A program made the translations under genes and the position numbers. Under the pieces are notes generated by a model. It did no database searches. It was not told where the DNA came from and saw nothing but the letters and a program-made list of their open reading frames with translations. Of a stretch of 5,739 nucleotides of DNA, positions 1 to 5,739 are shown piece by piece (the first letter of the stretch is position 1; each line of letters starts with the position of its first letter). This stretch comes from Geosiphon pyriformis uo1 (Eukaryota > Fungi > Glomeromycota), in the NCBI GenBank assembly GCA_016748015.1, contig JAAOMT010000210.1:1-5739 (forward strand), in the 5' to 3' direction.

Positions 1-515
1 TCCTGTTAATCCTATTCCTATGAATATTGCCAAAAAACTTGATAAACCTGTCATACATTTTGATATGTCATAAGCTGGTCTCAAGACAGTACCAACCAAC
101 AGAGTCATATGCCTTATGCATATCTTGCAAAACCAACCAAAGTTCCTTATTCTTCTCAAGAGCATTTTCAACCACCAACCCAACAGTGAACACTAAAACC
201 TGAGTAGAAGTACCCTTTAACACTGAAAAATTGTCACTGTGGAGAACACCAAACTTGCTGCAAGCAAAAGAAATTCTATCCGAAAGTATTTTGGAGAGAA
301 TCTTTCTAGCCATCTCAATTAAAGCAATAGGACAGGTATTCGTGAGAATTCCATCCCAATCATAAGATTTAGGGATTATTGAGACCTATGCTCTTCTCCA
401 CAAAACAGGCACTGAACCAACAAAGAGACATTCATTCAATAGTGCCAAAAGGCATTATCTTCTCACCACTATGCTTCCAAAGTTCATTTGGAATGCCAGA
501 CAAGCCAGTGGCTTT
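1..515 (-). other. Non-LTR reverse transcriptase domain, subdomains 0-3 (the YxDD motif lies outside the window)
   Basis: KATGLSGIPNELWK (KAPGPDG-like, domain 0); WRRA*VSIIPK (domain 1); NTCPIALIEMARKILSKIL (RPI motif, domain 2); NFSVLKGTST (domain 2a); LQDMHKAYDSV (DxxKAFDSV, domain 3). Confidence 0.95.
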
Positions 516-1379
516 GCCATCAGGCAGACCACCAACAACTAAAAGCAACTTACCCATGCTTATTACATTCATCACACTAGAAAAAGCATCATCCCAAACA
601 TAGTTCAAAGGCACATACTGGTAAGCTTAGAAATTAGACAGTGCAGAAGGCACCACATGTTTTCTTGTCCAACTTTCTATGATTCTGTCAACATTCAATC
701 TTACACCTTCTGGATCCAACACCAGCTCATCATCAACTACCAAGTGATCCAATACCACCTTCTGAAAGGGTCTATCTAAAACACTTCTGATCATACTGCT
801 TTTGTCCAAACAAAACTTCTCCATGCATTTCTCAATAGCTGCTCTAATAGAAGCCTTCTGCACCAATTTCAATTCATACATCTTGGACTTCCTGTATTTT
901 TTTCTGACAATTGACAAATACTTAAGAATGTCCATCAATTTTTAACTACCATAAACCATTTTCCTCAACATGAGAGCTTTATCAGCATCTAAAGTTGACC
1001 ATATTCTTACAAAGCAATTGAACCCAAAAGCATCATCGGATTCCAACTTTTTGACAATCTTGGCAATCAACAGCTTCAGTCCCAAAAACTTAGAAGACCG
1101 CTTATTTTTTGAACACTAAAAATCACTGAACCACTGCCTAGAAAAGACCTCATCCACAGAACCTACCAATGCTCCTTCTAGTAGTGACCACATAGCTTCC
1201 AAATCATGATTTACAGCTGTGACAAGAAACCTATTCTTTATTACCAAAATTCTTGAGGAAGAGCAATCTCTAAAGTGAGACCATCCAATGCTGTCTATAT
1301 CTTTAATTTTGAATTTCCATTGATCTTTGTTAGCCTGTTTGTGCAAACTATTCAACTAAACATCCAGAAGCCCACCCAG

Positions 1380-2075
1380 ATCAACCAACACCACCACAGC
1401 ATTATGATCTGTATCAAAGAAATCAGAAACAAAACTGACCCAGTGTTCCATAACAGTAAAAGATAGACTCCTATTAACAAAAATGTAATCAATGGTCCTC
1501 TCAACACCTCTCGAATTGCACTACATAGAAGCCTTAACTAAATAATGACCATTGAATGAATTGACCAAACCCAAACTTGAACAGAACTTGAAACTTGCAC
1601 TTCTTCCAAAACTGCACTTATTAAAATTCCCACCCAATACCACAAAAGTGCTGGTGTTAACAGTCTTAGCAATAATAAAATTAATCTTAGACATTTGTTC
1701 AAGATAGACACCAGTAGAAGCACCAATATACAAACTGAAAACAGTCACCAAAAGCTTGCTCTTGAACAGAAGTCACACCGAAATAACCTGACCAGGAACT
1801 GCCTTAACTTTAGAAATGTGACAAGCCAAAGAATTGTTCATAACAACAGCAACACCAGCACCAAGATATTCAATATCCAGACCAAAAGTAAAAATCCGAA
1901 CTCCATCATATTTATTCTTGATTCAAAGCCCAGAGAAAGACTTCAACTTAGTCTCAGTAATAAAAGAAACCGTATTTTCAGAACTTATATGCCAGCAAAC
2001 AACATCCATTTGCTTTGCAGGAACATTGATACCCCGAACATTACATGTAGCAAATTTCCAAACCAAACCACTCAT
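1380..2075 (-). other. Apurinic/apyrimidinic-like endonuclease (EEP/APE) domain of ORF2
   Basis: Canonical LINE endonuclease motifs occur in the right order: ATCNVRG (2051-2031), FITETKL, GAGVAV, SLY, VLGGNFN (GDFN with D>N at 1628-1626), RTIDYIF, DTDH (1415-1404; SDH motif). Confidence 0.93.
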
Positions 2076-2683
2076 TGGGATGAAGATAGTAACAGGAAAC
2101 CAGAACCAGAATACAAATAATCCAATCTGATCAACACCAAACTAATTGAAGTTTCCAAAGACATCAATTTTGACTCCAATCTACCCATCTTGGTGGTTAG
2201 AATCTTGGAGCTACTCGAACTAAAACCAAAAGTACCATCGACAACAGCAGAGAAAAAGGGAGCAGAAGGCTCTGGTGCACCATTCAAAACCATATCCAAG
2301 TGAGATTCTGGAGTCAAAGATGCAGAAACAGCCAAAAAAAGCTCATAAGAAACAGACAGCAAAAGCACTAAGTCTACAAAGCTCAACTTTCTCATTATAT
2401 TAGAAATCTGATTGGTCAAAAGCTCCAAAAACCATTCCATAGATGCCAAGCAATCAAACAAACCAGAAACACCATGAGAATTGACACTGTTAAAAGAAGA
2501 CCCAGCACCAAGATAAAATTTAGTGCCAGGAGACAAACCAGCACTTAAAGAAGGTGAAAAACCTGAAAGAGAAGAGAAACCACCCACAATTTGAGCCTAA
2601 GTTTTGCCACCGAAAGAAGTTGAACGAATAATAAGTGCCTGCTTTTTTTTATAAATGTTGGCCAGGTGAACCTGATCATGATC

Positions 2684-3449
2684 AGTTACCATCCACTTCC
2701 CACAAACTCCAGAATTCTCACCAACTGAACACACATCAGAAACATGACCAAATTGTTTACATTTGGTGCAACAAGCCAGAGAAAAACCAGCCCATTGTAA
2801 ATTTACACTCTTAAAAACTGGAACAAAACCAATAGCAGCCAATTTGGATGCTTTATTATCAAAACATATTATCACACATCTATCATGTACATATGAACTG
2901 GAATTACGACCAATAAAGCAAGTTCTCCCACCATATGATTCCAACAAATCAGAAAGATCAAAAGCTGTCGTACCAACAGAAAGAATATAAAGCAATACCC
3001 AATGTAGATCTCTAGAAATCCATGATTGCTTGTTATCAACAGCTTTTGCCACACAAACAAAATCCTTTTTCATGAAGATAGACCACCTAGCTGCAACCAA
3101 ATCAGCTATTTCAGATGACTCAAATTTTACCAAGGCTTTTTGTCACAGACCAATTAGTTGTATTTTGATTGAAACAATTTTTCCAAACTTAGAAAAAACA
3201 AATTCTGCAGCTGATTTAGAAAGATCAACCAGAATTTTCTTAATAACAATTTCTTTATCCAAACAACTGCTAATCTTTTTGAGAATATTATTTACCACAA
3301 TTTTCTCACAAATTGCCAATTCTTTTGTCTTATTCATGCTAGATTCAGAAGTGAACAAAGATCTGATGATTTCTGGGAATTTTGAAGAAGTAAAAGCTCT
3401 CCCAAAACCATTCACATGATAGAAAATTTTTTTTACACAAATCAATTTA
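2684..3449. repeat. Direct repeat copy 1 (766 bp), left of the N gap
   Basis: Begins agttaccatccacttccc and ends acacaaatcaattta. Same sequence as 3470-4235 (offset 786); the ORF-track translations of the two copies are identical. Confidence 0.97.
2729..2770 (-). other. CCHC zinc knuckle in ORF1 (repeated at 3515-3556 in the duplicate copy)
   Basis: CTKCKQFGHVSDVC matches C-X2-C-X4-H-X4-C exactly. Confidence 0.92.
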
Positions 3450-3469
3450 NNNNNNNNNNNNNNNNNNNN
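3450..3469. other. Assembly gap (20 N)
   Basis: Run of 20 n characters. Confidence 1.
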
Positions 3470-4235
3470 AGTTACCATCCACTTCCCACAAACTCCAGAA
3501 TTCTCACCAACTGAACACACATCAGAAACATGACCAAATTGTTTACATTTGGTGCAACAAGCCAGAGAAAAACCAGCCCATTGTAAATTTACACTCTTAA
3601 AAACTGGAACAAAACCAATAGCAGCCAATTTGGATGCTTTATTATCAAAACATATTATCACACATCTATCATGTACATATGAACTGGAATTACGACCAAT
3701 AAAGCAAGTTCTCCCACCATATGATTCCAACAAATCAGAAAGATCAAAAGCTGTCGTACCAACAGAAAGAATATAAAGCAATACCCAATGTAGATCTCTA
3801 GAAATCCATGATTGCTTGTTATCAACAGCTTTTGCCACACAAACAAAATCCTTTTTCATGAAGATAGACCACCTAGCTGCAACCAAATCAGCTATTTCAG
3901 ATGACTCAAATTTTACCAAGGCTTTTTGTCACAGACCAATTAGTTGTATTTTGATTGAAACAATTTTTCCAAACTTAGAAAAAACAAATTCTGCAGCTGA
4001 TTTAGAAAGATCAACCAGAATTTTCTTAATAACAATTTCTTTATCCAAACAACTGCTAATCTTTTTGAGAATATTATTTACCACAATTTTCTCACAAATT
4101 GCCAATTCTTTTGTCTTATTCATGCTAGATTCAGAAGTGAACAAAGATCTGATGATTTCTGGGAATTTTGAAGAAGTAAAAGCTCTCCCAAAACCATTCA
4201 CATGATAGAAAATTTTTTTTACACAAATCAATTTA
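3470..4235. repeat. Direct repeat copy 2 (766 bp), right of the N gap
   Basis: Starts at the first base after the gap and matches 2684-3449; no differences seen by eye. Confidence 0.97.
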
Positions 4236-4825
4236 TTACCAACTGTCTTAGCAGAAACAGCCGAAAGTTCAATATCAAGTACAAAAAATTTCGATGAATT
4301 GAAGCTCTATTTCTCTGGGGCATGTAATTTGAGTGGCGGCAGCTTATTGAATTCCAAAATCATACAAGGAGAAAAAACCATTTCATTATTGTCATTATCA
4401 TTCAAACAGTTGAATGAGAGTTGCTTTGACAGGTTTCCCAACACATATGTTTAGGTGTGAGTTTTCTTTGGTGTAGTTTTGTTCATATCATCATCCTCAC
4501 CTGACTTTACATAGCTGGTCTCTTTGGCTACTGTGTTTGCCATATTTTTAACATCTGAGATTTTGCTCACACTGTTAGTAATACTGCCAACTTTGCTGTC
4601 TCAAGATGCCACAGACTTAATGCCAGCACCACTAATATCTTTCAAGCTCAGAGGTCCTGCAGATGAGTCAATCACATTGCCGGCCACACTTTTCTTTGGT
4701 TTTTTGTATGATGTATTATGAGAGTAGATGGTATCTAATCAATTCTTTTTAGCATTTAGGCAGATCCCCAAACCAGTTGAAACCGAGCCAAACCCACCTG
4801 TAGACAAGCCTACTGGTTCTATCAT

Positions 4826-4955
4826 AACAAAAGGGGTTGTGTTAGAAGAAATAACTTGAATAAACTAAGGGAAAAGAAATAAAGCAAAGTGATTTCTTTC
4901 AAAAATTCTTTCACTTTCATAGTGGCCAGGAGATCGATGAGAAAAGAAATTTTTC
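4826..4955 (-). promoter_or_regulatory. Putative 5' UTR / internal promoter region of the LINE
   Basis: Lies between the ORF1 ATG and the compositional boundary, and is pyrimidine-rich on the sense strand (tttcttttctcatcgatctcctggccact...). Promoter function is inferred only from the general organisation of LINEs. Confidence 0.5.
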
Positions 4956-4959
4956 TTTT

Positions 4960-5739
4960 ATATTTTTATTATTTTATATATATTATTCAAATTACAAATA
5001 GATTACTTATTTATATATATTAAAATTTTATATATAAAATTTAATAATAATAAACATTAATTATAAAATATTTTAATTAATAATTTCAAATCAAAATGAA
5101 ATAAAATTAATTACTTATAATTTTTTTACTTTGTTATATTATTAAATTTTGTAGTTTTATTTAAAGACTGAGTATTTTATATTTTTATATTTTGAAAATT
5201 TGATAAAGTTATTTTTATATTTGATAATCTTATTAAAAATATATTTAATTAGTATTTAATATAAAAAATTTAAAATTTAAAATTACTTACAAAGTAAATA
5301 TTTATTTTTTTTTGATTTTAATTTCTTTAATATTAGAAATTATATTATCTTTTTTATTGTTTAAAGGTTTTTTTCACTTAGTTTTTTTTTTATTACTATT
5401 ATTAACACATATATAATCTTTTTTGAAAGTTGAAAAGATAAAGTTAATAATATACAAAAATATTATTAAATATATATTTGCTTAAAAATTTAAAAATTAA
5501 TATTTAAAGTTTACAAAATTCAACCAATTTTAATGAATTTACATCAATTACAACATCTTTAAATCTTAAAATACAAAGAGAACTTTTGGAATTTGAATTA
5601 TATTTATTATCTACAGAATCTGAAAATAGAATTAAAAATCTAATTCAGACTAAAAAAATTTTATGGAATCAATAATGAATTAAAAATATCAATCTGATGA
5701 ATCTGTTAAAATATTAAATATAAATTTTTTTATAGATTC
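4960..5739. other. Extremely AT-rich low-complexity flank, probably host intergenic DNA
   Basis: Mostly A/T runs with no ORF in the track and no recognisable RNA gene or periodic repeat; slightly more C/G after ~5510. Confidence 0.75.

Larger units (their letters stand above)
1..2075 (-). pseudogene. LINE ORF2 (pol): APE endonuclease + linker + N-terminal half of reverse transcriptase; partial at window edge, disrupted
   Basis: Starts at ATG 2075 (MSGLVWKFATCNVRGINVPAKQ...), in the same frame as track ORFs 1521-1751, 1116-1355, 627-938 and 432-614. A frameshift at ~455 (...WKHSGEKI / CLLALLNECL...) moves it into the frame of ORF 68-313. Nine in-frame stops: 1925-1923, 1775-1773, 1523-1521, 1358-1356, 1118-1116, 944-942, 629-627, 388-386, 70-68. 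Confidence 0.95.
2072..4825 (-). pseudogene. LINE ORF1 (gag-like nucleic-acid-binding protein), about 655 aa once the 786-nt duplication+gap is collapsed; disrupted by stops
   Basis: Manual translation from ATG 4825 (MIEPVGLSTGGFGSVSTGLG...) stays in one frame with track ORFs 3929-4231, 3143-3919, 2597-3133 and 2072-2587. In-frame stops at 4741-4739 TGA, 4603-4601 TGA, 4453-4451 TAA, 4309-4307 TAG, 3931-3929 TGA (duplicated at 3145-3143) and 2599-2597 TAG; no frameshift. Contains an RRM-like segment (EIVIKKILVDLSKSAAEFVFSKFGKIVSIKIQ...KALVKFESSEIADLV), a second RRM-like segment (VLLYILSVGTTAFDLSDLLESYGG...CVIICFDNKASKLAA) and a CCHC knuckle. The start codon choice is inferred. Confidence 0.88.
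1..4955 (-). mobile_element. Degenerate non-LTR retrotransposon (LINE; ORF1 + APE-RT ORF2), 5' end apparently present, 3' part beyond the window start
   Basis: Colinear minus-strand order: leader, ORF1 (RRM-like + CCHC), APE endonuclease motifs, RT motifs. Composition changes abruptly to extremely AT-rich DNA at ~4955-4960. The 5' boundary is approximate, and no poly(A) tail or TSD can be assessed because the 3' end is outside the window. Confidence 0.95.

Noticed and set aside
1-515. RT as a bacterial retron, group II intron or defence-associated RT
   Set aside because: The upstream in-frame APE endonuclease and RRM/CCHC ORF1 are diagnostic of a eukaryotic LINE; no msr/msd or intron RNA structure was seen.
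2672-2685. Perfect 14-bp palindrome ctgatcatgatcag touching the left edge of the duplicated block
   Set aside because: Real but single, short and inside coding sequence (encodes TDHDQ). The repeat edge is best explained by a contig end, so there is no evidence of function.
3143-3919. 258-aa ORF as a circularly permuted or domain-duplicated protein
   Set aside because: It reads through the N gap only because 766+20 is a multiple of 3, so it is a product of the duplicated assembly.
2684-4235. Direct repeats as LTRs, or as a DGR-type template/variable repeat pair next to an RT
   Set aside because: The repeats are internal ORF1 coding sequence, adjacent across a gap, with no TG...CA ends and no adenine-specific differences. 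The RT is APE-linked non-LTR type.
1695-4721. Plus-strand ORFs (1695-2120, 1834-2130, 2763-2990, 3030-3419, 3549-3776, 3816-4205, 4524-4721; also 379-603 and 1275-1466) as real antisense genes
   Set aside because: They lie opposite clear LINE coding frames, have no recognisable motifs, often start at non-ATG codons, and are expected from the A/C-rich strand bias; two pairs are simply the duplicated block.
1-4825. In-frame stops as an alternative genetic code, readthrough or A-to-I-edited codons
   Set aside because: All three stop types occur, at positions that look like different ancestral residues (W, Q, R). There is also a frameshift at ~455 and a catalytic-motif substitution (GDFN>GNFN), so pseudogenisation is the simpler explanation.
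4960-5500. Possible hairpins, MITE or origin-like element in the AT-rich flank
   Set aside because: Only short A/T self-complementary runs expected at this composition; no terminal inverted repeats with TSD and no periodic unit could be supported.

Overview
About 85% of the window (1 to ~4955, minus strand) is one decayed non-LTR retrotransposon (LINE) whose 5' end appears to be present and whose 3' part runs off the left edge. Read in its own direction it has a short 5' leader (~4955-4826), then a gag-like ORF1 (4825-2072; RRM-like repeats, one CCHC knuckle, Ser-rich tail with two heptad segments). ORF2 (2075 to <1) follows, with a complete APE endonuclease domain and RT subdomains 0-3. The many short minus-strand ORFs in the track are fragments of these two frames, broken by 15 premature stops and 1 frameshift, with a strong C>T/G>A and CpG-loss signature. 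A 766-bp direct repeat (2684-3449 / 3470-4235) flanks a 20-N gap and is most likely a scaffolding artefact. Positions ~4960-5739 are very AT-rich, probably host intergenic DNA. The style suggests a eukaryote, plausibly a Glomeromycota fungus (inference, not verified). I see no convincing new biological system. The most interesting points are the ATGA stop/start overlap joining ORF1 to ORF2, a second ATGA overlap joining a 32-codon uORF to ORF1, the mutation signature and the ORF1 architecture.
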